This document shows positions 44,013 to 52,046 of a stretch of 64,000 nt of DNA, piece after piece. The translations under genes were made by a program, and so were the position numbers. Below the pieces are notes generated by a model, which searched no databases, had not been told where the DNA came from, and was given only the letters and a program-made list of their open reading frames with translations. Source of the stretch: Candidatus Poribacteria bacterium. GTDB lineage: Bacteria; Poribacteria; WGA-4E; WGA-3G. The first letter of the stretch is position 1. Each line of letters begins with the position of its first letter. The stretch covers positions 2,843,854 through 2,907,853 of the forward strand of contig OZ244889.1 of the NCBI GenBank assembly GCA_965221425.1, written 5' to 3'.

Positions 44013-46736
44013 ATGAAAAAAAGCGATGCAGAATTAATTCACCAAATCTTATCCGGCGACGAGGCGGCTTTCAGTGCCTTAGTCCAAAAATACCAAAAAA
44101 GTGTTCATGCGCTTGCATGGCGGAAAATCGGTGATTTCCATATCGCTGAAGAAATTACACAAGATATTTTTCTACATGTATACAAAAAATTACCAACCCT
44201 GAAAGACTCGAATCAATTTGCTGGATGGTTATATGTGATCGCTAACAGACAATGCATTGCATGGCTGCGTAAGAAAAAACGGGCAGTGCAATCCCTTGAG
44301 GCTACAAGCCAAGAGACGTTAGAAGAAACCGCTTATGCCTGCTATATTTCAGAACAACGTGAAGAGGCGGAAGCTGAGCGCCGCCGCGAAATTGTTCAAA
44401 ATCTGTTGGAAAAGTTACCGGAGAGTGAACGTACGGTCGTTGTCCTCCACTACCTCGGAGAGATGACTTGCGAAGCGATTAGCAAGTTTTTAGGTGTATC
44501 ACCAAACACGGTTAAAAGCCGGTTGAGTCGCGCACGAAAACGTCTAAGAGAAGAAGAATCTCTAATTCGTGAAACTCTTGGCACTGTTCCACTGTCTCCA
44601 AATCTAACTGCAAACATCATGCGGGATATTAGCAACGTAGAACAGACACCACCCTCAGTGAGTAAGCCGCTGTTACCATTAGGGGCTTTAGGTTCATCTG
44701 TCGTTCTAATTATTTTCTTGCTGGGCGCGAGCAATCAATACCTGACTTACTTTCAATTGCCCTATAGTTTTGACGCGCAATCAGAAACCGCTATTGAAAT
44801 TGTTGAAACACCTATTATCCCTAATATCAAACCGAAACCTGATGTGAAAAATCGTGTTGGAAGCGATACTGCTCTCGGAAAAAGTAGCAATGACGGATTA
44901 GCACAAGGAAAATCATCTATGCAAAATAACTTTACCCAAGATTCTACAAAATGGAAATTGCCGGAAGGTGCAAAAACGCGCCTCGGAAAAGGACACATAT
45001 TTGATATGGTTCACTCTCCTGATGGCAAACTACTTGCTGCCGCAGGAACGATCGGTATATGGATTTATGATGCACACACCGGTGAAGAACTCAACCTGCT
45101 CACAGAACACATGGAAAGTGCTTCAACAGTCGCTTTCAGTCCTGATAACAGCCTTTTGGCAAGTGATGGAAAAGATAACACCATACTGTTATGTGATCCG
45201 CATACAGGAAAACATAAAATGACTCTCACAGGACATACTGAAGGTATTAGTTCGGTAGTGTTTAGTCCTGATGGGAAAACACTGGCAAGTGGGAGTGAAG
45301 ATGAAACGATCCGTTTGTGGGATGTGGCTACAGGTGAACAACTTCTTGTCTTTGCTGGACATGCAGGTGGTGTCTCTGAGGTCATATATTCTCCAGATGG
45401 CGAAATACTTGCCAGCCACGGCATGGATGAAATGATTCATCTGTGGGATGCTAACACTGGCAAATACCTTCGCTCAATTACTGAGTATGAGGGAGACGTT
45501 TATTCCATGGCATATTCGCCTGATGGCGAGGCTTTAGCAAGCGGCGGAGCGGATGGAATAATTCGATTATGGGAGTATCATACCGGACAGCTTAAGACAA
45601 CCTTAACTGCCACAACAAACTCCGGAGGAGTTAAGAAAGTAGCGTTCAGTCCAGACGGACAGACACTCGTTAGTAATAACTACGAAAATGATATGATTCA
45701 GTTTTGGGATGTGGCTTCAGGTGAACGACTCGAAACCATAAAAAGCCCACCAGATACGACCCATCATATAGTGTTCTCCCCGGATGGTAGGACATTGGTA
45801 AATGCTGGTAGTGATGGTACAATTCGGTTCTGGGATGTTGCCACCACTAATCCGATTCGAACCCTTGATGGATATGCAGAAATGTTTCGTGATATGGCAT
45901 ATTCACCAAATGGAAATACACTTGCTACTGTAAGCTCCGGTCCAAGCTTGCGATTATGGGATCCTCACACTGGCAGACTAAAAAAGATCTACTTTCCAGG
46001 TTCCATTAGTATCACTTGTATCGCTTATGCTCCAGATGGCGTAACGCTTGCATGTGGACCGGGACCAACTGAATATGACACGGTGTATCTATTCAATACT
46101 GAGACAGGAGAGCATGGACGCGTTTTCAGTGGATACAAGGACACTATTGAATCAGTGGCGTTTAGCCCAGATGGAAATACTATAGCATGTGCAGGTTGGG
46201 ACGAGACAATCAGATTGTGGGATGTTAGGACAGGCGAAACTATAAAAATTCTTACAGGAGAGAAGGATATTATTAGGGAAATTGACTATTCTCCGGATGG
46301 GAAGATGCTTGTGAGTACGAGCGATTCAGAAATCCGTTTTTGGAATATAAATACAGGTGAAACTGTAAAAGCTATTCCCGGTCACACTGTTGCGCTTTCA
46401 CCGAACTGGGAAAAGTTTATAAGCTGGGGATATAATATAGATATCCAGTTATGGAATATGGATAGTGATGAACCAGTGAAAACCATCACGTCAGAAGAAA
46501 AAACATACTTTCGGGCGTATTCACCAGACGGACGTACAATTGTTGGCATTGATTCGGAAGGTCAATTATCGTTTTGTGATGCGGGGACTTGTGAGGTTAT
46601 TCAGACTTTTGCCATCGGACATAAAAGAAGTAATAGGTCAGAAGGTGTCTATTTTATTAGATATTCACCAGACGGACGCACCCTCGCCACTGGGGGATGG
46701 GACAGCACAGTTCTATTATGGGATGTCCCGCAGTAA
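44013..46736 (+). CDS. ECF-type sigma-70 domain - TM helix - 14-blade WD40 fusion protein (sigma-WD1)
   Basis: Coordinates below use the ORF-track numbering, where aa 1 = nt 44001. Region 2 is IAEEITQDIFLHVYKK...FAGWLYVIANRQCIAWLR. Region 4 is LPESERTVVVLHYLGEMTCEAISKFLGVSPNTVKSRLSRARKRL. A TM helix sits at aa 223-245 (nt 44667-44735). The motif WKLPEGAKTRLGKG comes next, then 14 (F/Y)SPDG...WD units. I prefer ATG 44013 (GAGGA 4 nt upstream) over ATG 44001. Confidence 0.8.
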   Translation: MKKSDAELIHQILSGDEAAFSALVQKYQKSVHALAWRKIGDFHIAEEITQDIFLHVYKKLPTLKDSNQFAGWLYVIANRQCIAWLRKKKRAVQSLEATSQETLEETAYACYISEQREEAEAERRREIVQNLLEKLPESERTVVVLHYLGEMTCEAISKFLGVSPNTVKSRLSRARKRLREEESLIRETLGTVPLSPNLTANIMRDISNVEQTPPSVSKPLLPLGALGSSVVLIIFLLGASNQYLTYFQLPYSFDAQSETAIEIVETPIIPNIKPKPDVKNRVGSDTALGKSSNDGLAQGKSSMQNNFTQDSTKWKLPEGAKTRLGKGHIFDMVHSPDGKLLAAAGTIGIWIYDAHTGEELNLLTEHMESASTVAFSPDNSLLASDGKDNTILLCDPHTGKHKMTLTGHTEGISSVVFSPDGKTLASGSEDETIRLWDVATGEQLLVFAGHAGGVSEVIYSPDGEILASHGMDEMIHLWDANTGKYLRSITEYEGDVYSMAYSPDGEALASGGADGIIRLWEYHTGQLKTTLTATTNSGGVKKVAFSPDGQTLVSNNYENDMIQFWDVASGERLETIKSPPDTTHHIVFSPDGRTLVNAGSDGTIRFWDVATTNPIRTLDGYAEMFRDMAYSPNGNTLATVSSGPSLRLWDPHTGRLKKIYFPGSISITCIAYAPDGVTLACGPGPTEYDTVYLFNTETGEHGRVFSGYKDTIESVAFSPDGNTIACAGWDETIRLWDVRTGETIKILTGEKDIIREIDYSPDGKMLVSTSDSEIRFWNINTGETVKAIPGHTVALSPNWEKFISWGYNIDIQLWNMDSDEPVKTITSEEKTYFRAYSPDGRTIVGIDSEGQLSFCDAGTCEVIQTFAIGHKRSNRSEGVYFIRYSPDGRTLATGGWDSTVLLWDVPQ

Positions 46737-46789
46737 GTGCCATTACATAATATAGACAACAGACACAATCTTCAAGGAGTTTAAATTAC

Positions 46790-48769
46790 ATGAAAATATT
46801 AAACATCATACTGGCTTTTGGACCGCTAATCTCTACATTCTATCTGTTAACTTTTTTGTCTACAACCGCTTTCTCTCAAAATCATATCCACTTAGGACTA
46901 CCTGCAGGTGCAAAAGCACGACTCGGAAAAGGCAGAATACATCAAGTAAAGTATTTTCCTGATGGCAAACGTTTGGCTGTTGCTACTTCTATCGGTATCT
47001 GGATATACGATGTTCAAACAGGAGAGGTGCTTGACCTGCTCACGGGACACACAGCACCGGTTACGTCAATAGCCTTCAGTCCAGATGGTGAAACTTTTGC
47101 TTCTGGAAGTAAAGACAACACCATTCGATTATGGGATAGCAAAACACACAAACTTAAAGCAATCTGTATTGGTCATGAAAATGAGGTCAATTTATTAGCA
47201 TTTAGCCGTGATGGTAAGATGCTTGCTAGCACGAGCAGGGACTGGAAGATGCGGCTCTGGGACGCGCGCACAGGTAAACCACTTCAAACTATCACAGATT
47301 GTGGTGCCGACGATATGTATGCAATAGCATATTCTCCGGATGGTAAGACTTTCCTCACATTCAGGTATGATGACAAGTTTGAAGCATATATTGAATTCTG
47401 GGATGTGCAAACCGGTGAATTTTTAAATTCGGTTCTCATTGAAGCAAATTTCAATGCTGCAGCGATTTCACCTGATTGCAAGATTTTGGCTTGCGGTGGC
47501 GAAGATCCGCTTCAATTTTGGGATGTCGAGACGGGTAAACTCTTAAGAAGCTACACAAAATGGGTAGGAAATTTTGAGTCTATGGAGTTTTCATCCGATG
47601 GGAAGACTCTCATCACAGGTAGTTATTGGGACAGAGTTGATATTTGGGACGTTGGCACAGCAAAACTTCTAAAAAGCATGGGGCATGCTGACACGGTCAA
47701 TTCTGTAACGTATTCACCAGATGAAAAGACAATCGCAAGTGGAAGTGACGATGGTACAATCCGGTTCTGGGATGCCGCTACTGGCGATCAAATAAAAATG
47801 ATTACCGGACATGCCTCCTCAAAAATCTATTCTGCAGCATATTCTTCTGATGGTAACACACTTGCTTGTGGTGGTAAGTCCAAAATTCAATGGTGGGATT
47901 CACTGACAGGTGAACATCTAAAAACGATCAAAGAACCGAGTTGTGATGTCCATTCAATTGCATATTCTTCGGATGCAAAGCTACTTGCAACTGGTGGTAC
48001 TTCTATGAAAGCGCGTTTGTGGGACGGGCAGACGGGTCGGTTCCTCGGCAGTTTTAAGGGACATAAGAGCAGGGTTACTGACGCATATAAGTATCAGGTT
48101 TCTTCCGTAGCGTTTTCCCCCGATGGCAGGACGCTTGCCAGTGGAGGTGGGAAGAAGATGCCCAGAAATTCCGTCAAGAAAGCCAGTAGTGAAGACAATA
48201 TGGTCTGTTTGTGGGAGATTCGCACAGGTGAATTATATCCGATTGGTGAACGTTTGGCAATCTTTACCGAACATACGGATCGGGTCTCTACAGTGGTATT
48301 TTCGCCTGATGGTACTACACTTGCCAGTGGTAGCCAAGACAAGACAATTCAACTTTGGGATATAAACACGCGCAGCCATTTGAAAACGCTCACAGGACAT
48401 GAAGAGGGTGTTGCCGCTGTGGTATATTCGCCAGATGGTAGCACACTTGCAAGTGGTAGTCAGGATGGGACTATACGATTGTGGCACGCGCACACGGGCG
48501 ACTTGGTGCTACCGCCAATTGAAGAAGCGGGACAAGTAACTTCTTTGGCGTATTCTCCAGATGGGAATTTGCTTGCAAGTGGTAGTGAGGACGACAACGC
48601 TGTACATGTCTGGAATGCACAGACTGGGAAACGCCTGCAAACCTTCATTGGATATACACAGAGCGTCAACGCTGTTGTATTTTCTCCAGATGGTAAAACG
48701 CTTGCAAGTGTGAGTGAAGATGGCACAATTCTTTTGTGGGACCTCACACAATTGGTAAGTGATCAATAG
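46790..48769 (+). CDS. exported 14-blade WD40 repeat protein (WD2)
   Basis: AAGGAG RBS. The signal peptide is MKILNIILAFGPLISTFYLLTFLSTTAFSQN, followed by GLPAGAKARLGKG and canonical GH...SPDG..LASGS.D.TIRLWD units. It starts 53 nt after sigma-WD1 ends. Confidence 0.85.
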   Translation: MKILNIILAFGPLISTFYLLTFLSTTAFSQNHIHLGLPAGAKARLGKGRIHQVKYFPDGKRLAVATSIGIWIYDVQTGEVLDLLTGHTAPVTSIAFSPDGETFASGSKDNTIRLWDSKTHKLKAICIGHENEVNLLAFSRDGKMLASTSRDWKMRLWDARTGKPLQTITDCGADDMYAIAYSPDGKTFLTFRYDDKFEAYIEFWDVQTGEFLNSVLIEANFNAAAISPDCKILACGGEDPLQFWDVETGKLLRSYTKWVGNFESMEFSSDGKTLITGSYWDRVDIWDVGTAKLLKSMGHADTVNSVTYSPDEKTIASGSDDGTIRFWDAATGDQIKMITGHASSKIYSAAYSSDGNTLACGGKSKIQWWDSLTGEHLKTIKEPSCDVHSIAYSSDAKLLATGGTSMKARLWDGQTGRFLGSFKGHKSRVTDAYKYQVSSVAFSPDGRTLASGGGKKMPRNSVKKASSEDNMVCLWEIRTGELYPIGERLAIFTEHTDRVSTVVFSPDGTTLASGSQDKTIQLWDINTRSHLKTLTGHEEGVAAVVYSPDGSTLASGSQDGTIRLWHAHTGDLVLPPIEEAGQVTSLAYSPDGNLLASGSEDDNAVHVWNAQTGKRLQTFIGYTQSVNAVVFSPDGKTLASVSEDGTILLWDLTQLVSDQ

Positions 48770-48774
48770 CTATA

Positions 48775-49215
48775 TCAGTGTGGTTGGGAAATCGCACCAT
48801 AGATGTCAATTTAAAAATTTTCCAATCACGTTTAGGGATTACTATCCCTCTTTTGTAGATTGGGTTGAGGAACGAAACCCAACATGAAACGCTTTTATAT
48901 ACTCGAAATGTTGAGTTTCACCTACGGTTCAACCCATAGCCGTCAATTTAGTATCCATTGTGAGCGGTAGGCGCGCTTTGTAAGCGCGCTGGCTCTGTCT
49001 GAAAAGCGGCTTGGTGGTAGAGAAGGTTTCTTCTGTAGGAGCGACCTCCAGGTCGCGACCGGGAGGTCGCTCCTACAGAATATAAGAGGCGCAATGAATT
49101 GCGCGACTACAAACGCCGCTAACCTTAAGAAAATGTAAATATATTTTGATTTTAACTATAATAAAAAGAAATGTAAGAGACGCAATGAATTGCGCGACTA
49201 CGAACGGTCTATTTC
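48775..49215. repeat. mosaic repeat region between WD2 and sigma-WD3
   Basis: It contains the GTGGTTGGGAAATCGCACCATAG hairpin, two CATAG.CGTCAATTTA modules, a GGGTTGAGGAACGAAACCC hairpin, GGTAGGCGCGCTTTGTAAGCGCGCTGG, the 16-bp-stem hairpin TGTAGGAGCGACCTCC...GGAGGTCGCTCCTACA, and two copies of GCAATGAATTGCGCGACTAC.AACG. Confidence 0.75.
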
Positions 49216-49318
49216 TTTAAGAGAAGTTATTTTCAGAAATTGTATAATTATTCATTTTTTTAAACCCACTCCTTGAAAACCTCCCTCTTTCTATTAAAAC
49301 CGAATTAGAAATTTATTT

Positions 49319-51856
49319 ATGAACAGCGATTTGATTACTCTCAGAGACCTTAAAGACGATGAGATTATACGTCTTGTACAAAACCGTGATGAAGCGGCAT
49401 TTACGGAACTCATGTCCCGTTATTCGCCGCAGATTTGGCGTATAGTAGTCGCAAAATCTAGACAACACCGGGATGCAGAAGAAATTCGTACTGACATCTG
49501 GATGGCAGTGTGGGACAATATAGGGGGGCTCCGGAAAATAGATAGTTTTGGTGCATGGTTGCGGCGAATTGCATATAACGCTTGTAACAGGTATTATTCT
49601 TCTCACCGCCGTTCGCGTGAGGAAATCCCACAGAGCAATGCGGATTTAGCCGAACATATTGACCAAGATGCCCCAACACGTTATCAGGAAGCACAATTAC
49701 GCGCAGATGCCAGAGAGGCGGTGAATCACCTCCCACATCGGGTCCGTCCCATCGCTGTCCTGTACTATCTTGAATCCTGGAGTGTCAAAGACATTGCGCA
49801 AAAACTTAACTTAGCTATAGGCACAGTCAAGACCAGATTAAGAGAAATCCGCTCACTCCTGCGGAAGGAGTTTGGCGTTGAGCCTCAACAAGGAGATATT
49901 ATGTCGTTAGAATCCGTTGGATCGCACAATCTTGAGAATTACATTGAAAACTATCTACCGAAAGGCGCAATAACAAGGTTCGGTAAAGGCTATGTATTTG
50001 ATTTTGCATATTCGCCAGATGGAACTCGCCTTGCTTTAGCAAGTACAATTGGTGTCTGGCTGATTGATGTAGCAACCGGTGAGGAAATCAATCTGTTAAC
50101 TGGACATACTTATTATGTCGATAACGTTGTTTTCAGTCCTGATGGTAGAACGCTTGCAAGTTTAAGTAAAGGATACCACGGCGATGGTGTTATTCGTTTA
50201 TGGGATGCCGTCACTGGAGAATCTAAAGCAGTACTTACAGAAGGGATAAATTCTCCTATTTTCAGTCCTGATGGTAAAACACTGGCAAGCAGTGGTGGTG
50301 GAGTAATCCATTTATGGGATGGTGGCACAGGTGAACTAAAAAGAACGCTCATAGGGCACACAGCTCCAGTCAAGACGTTAGCATTCAATCCAGATGGCAG
50401 CACACTTGCAAGCGGCGGTATTGATGAAGTCATCCGATTTTGGGATCTTTCCACTGGTGAGCTACAGTTAACCTTCGCAGCACACGCAAATACTGTAGAT
50501 TCCTTAAAGTATTCTCCAGATGGAGAGGTCCTTGTTAGTCAAGGTGGAGATAACAATGTTTGCCTATGGAATGCACGGACCGGTGAATTTTTGCGCATAC
50601 TCACAACTTGGACAGAAGATAATTATTCTATTGACTTTTCAAAAGATGGGAGAACACTTGTAGGTGTGAATTCCGATGAAACTGTCCGATGGTGGAACCC
50701 TCATACCGGTGAGCAACTCAAAACAATAAAACAGAATAGAGAGCTTGAGGAAGTGCAGTATTCTCCGGATGGTAGAATATTTGCATGTAGTGAGTGTTAT
50801 GGAAAAGCAACAGTCCTACTATTTGATGCCGACACGGGAGAGTTATTACATGATCTCAAAATGCCTGGACATGCAGAATGGGTTACTGGTTTTCAATTTT
50901 CACCTGATGGGCAGACACTTGCCGTTAAAACCGAGAATGAAATATATTTCTGGGATGTAAATACCGGTGAACTTGAAAAGACAATCACAGGATATTCTGA
51001 TGTTGTAAGTAGTGTAGCATATTCTCCTGATGGGAGGACATTAGCGAGTTTAGACGATATCGTACGTATTTGGGATTTAGATACGCAGAAACTCATAAAA
51101 ACACTTTCCACAAAAACACTTTCTGTGAAAGGGTCAATAAGGGCAATCGCATATTCTCCTGATGGGGAGACACTCGCTTGTGGAACTATGGATAAAACGA
51201 TTGTACTATGGAATGTTAGCGAATGGAAAAAAAGAGGAGCACTCAAAGGACATACAAATGGCGTATCCTCGGTAGCCTTTAGTCCAGATGGACAAACCCT
51301 TGCCAGTGGCAGCTGGGATGGGACAATCCAATTGTGGGATGCCCACACAGGAGAACACTTAAAAATCTTTGATAGGCATGCATCGTATGTTAGTAAAGTT
51401 TTATTTTCACCTACTGGACAGATTTTAGCCAGTATTGAAGACGATGAAACAATTCGTTTTCGGGATGTTGCAACGGGGAAACTTGTGAATGCTATAAAAA
51501 TGGAAACAGATGTTGATGTCTGTTCTATAGATTTTTCTTCTGATGGGACAACCCTTGTAACCGCAGACGACACCCTGAAAATTAAATTTTGGGATGTTTC
51601 TACTGCACAGCAAAAATCTATCACACACTTAGAAGCAAAAGGTTATTATGCTGTCCTTTCACCAGATAGCAACACACTTGCAAGCGCAGTTGCTGAGGAT
51701 GAAATATTTTTGTGGGATGTTGCTACAGGAAAACTTCTGAAAACTTTAAAGGGACATATAGGCGGTATTAATTCTATAGTCTTTTCTCCAGATAGCAAAA
51801 CACTCGCGAGTTGCTGTAGAGACAGCACAGTAATTTTATGGGATTTAACGAAATAG
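49319..51856 (+). CDS. ECF-type sigma-70 domain fused directly to a WD40 propeller, with no TM helix (sigma-WD3)
   Basis: Region 2 is DAEEIRTDIWMAVWDNI...FGAWLRRIAYNACNRY. Region 4 is LPHRVRPIAVLYYLESWSVKDIAQKLNLAIGTVKTRLREIRSLLRKE. About 25 aa later comes NYLPKGAITRFGKG followed by WD40 units. There is no hydrophobic segment between the domains. Confidence 0.8.
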   Translation: MNSDLITLRDLKDDEIIRLVQNRDEAAFTELMSRYSPQIWRIVVAKSRQHRDAEEIRTDIWMAVWDNIGGLRKIDSFGAWLRRIAYNACNRYYSSHRRSREEIPQSNADLAEHIDQDAPTRYQEAQLRADAREAVNHLPHRVRPIAVLYYLESWSVKDIAQKLNLAIGTVKTRLREIRSLLRKEFGVEPQQGDIMSLESVGSHNLENYIENYLPKGAITRFGKGYVFDFAYSPDGTRLALASTIGVWLIDVATGEEINLLTGHTYYVDNVVFSPDGRTLASLSKGYHGDGVIRLWDAVTGESKAVLTEGINSPIFSPDGKTLASSGGGVIHLWDGGTGELKRTLIGHTAPVKTLAFNPDGSTLASGGIDEVIRFWDLSTGELQLTFAAHANTVDSLKYSPDGEVLVSQGGDNNVCLWNARTGEFLRILTTWTEDNYSIDFSKDGRTLVGVNSDETVRWWNPHTGEQLKTIKQNRELEEVQYSPDGRIFACSECYGKATVLLFDADTGELLHDLKMPGHAEWVTGFQFSPDGQTLAVKTENEIYFWDVNTGELEKTITGYSDVVSSVAYSPDGRTLASLDDIVRIWDLDTQKLIKTLSTKTLSVKGSIRAIAYSPDGETLACGTMDKTIVLWNVSEWKKRGALKGHTNGVSSVAFSPDGQTLASGSWDGTIQLWDAHTGEHLKIFDRHASYVSKVLFSPTGQILASIEDDETIRFRDVATGKLVNAIKMETDVDVCSIDFSSDGTTLVTADDTLKIKFWDVSTAQQKSITHLEAKGYYAVLSPDSNTLASAVAEDEIFLWDVATGKLLKTLKGHIGGINSIVFSPDSKTLASCCRDSTVILWDLTK
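49890..49903 (+). promoter_or_regulatory. internal Shine-Dalgarno plus ATG at the sigma/WD40 domain junction of sigma-WD3
   Basis: AAGGAG (49890-49895), a 5-nt spacer, and an in-frame ATG (49901, codon 195). The product would start MSLESVGSHNLENYIENYLPKGAITRFGKG, mirroring the N-terminus of the free-standing WD5. Confidence 0.45.
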
Positions 51857-51932
51857 GAATTATATAGTGAACTTTCAAATTATTGGGACATTTTGATAAA
51901 CCTGCTTCAAAAACATAACGGACAGCAGAAGT

Positions 51933-52021
51933 TGTAGCACAAACTTTTAGTTTGTGCCGCTGAGACGCAAACTAAAAGTTTGCGCTACAGAAGTGTCCCA
52001 TTAATTATAGGTTTTACTATA
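51933..52021 (+). repeat. double GCACAAACT palindrome + GTGTCCCATTAATTATAGGTTTTACTATA end, immediately upstream of WD4
   Basis: TGTAGCACAAACTTTTAGTTTGTGCCGCTGAGACGCAAACTAAAAGTTTGCGCTACAGAAGTGTCCCATTAATTATAGGTTTTACTATA. Confidence 0.8.
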
Positions 52022-52046
52022 CATCAAAAATAGAGATGAGGAGGAC

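Noticed and set aside
3666-49215. The short hairpin repeats (GGCGAGGTTAGGAAACCTCGCC and similar, and ...ATTGAAATG... segments) superficially resemble CRISPR repeats.
   Set aside because: They are never arranged as regularly spaced direct repeats with unique spacers. Copies are scattered singly or as mosaics in different orientations, and no cas genes are present.
50893-51624. Long antisense ORFs across the WD40 genes, for example 50893..51624, 54836..55312, 55745..56368, 58272..58820, 45065..45424 and 52649..52993.
   Set aside because: They lie opposite strongly supported WD40 coding frames. Their translations are low-complexity (S/P/V/L-rich mirror images of the SPDG...LASGS codons), and 55745..56368 even spans an intergenic gap. 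This is a typical repeat-codon artefact.
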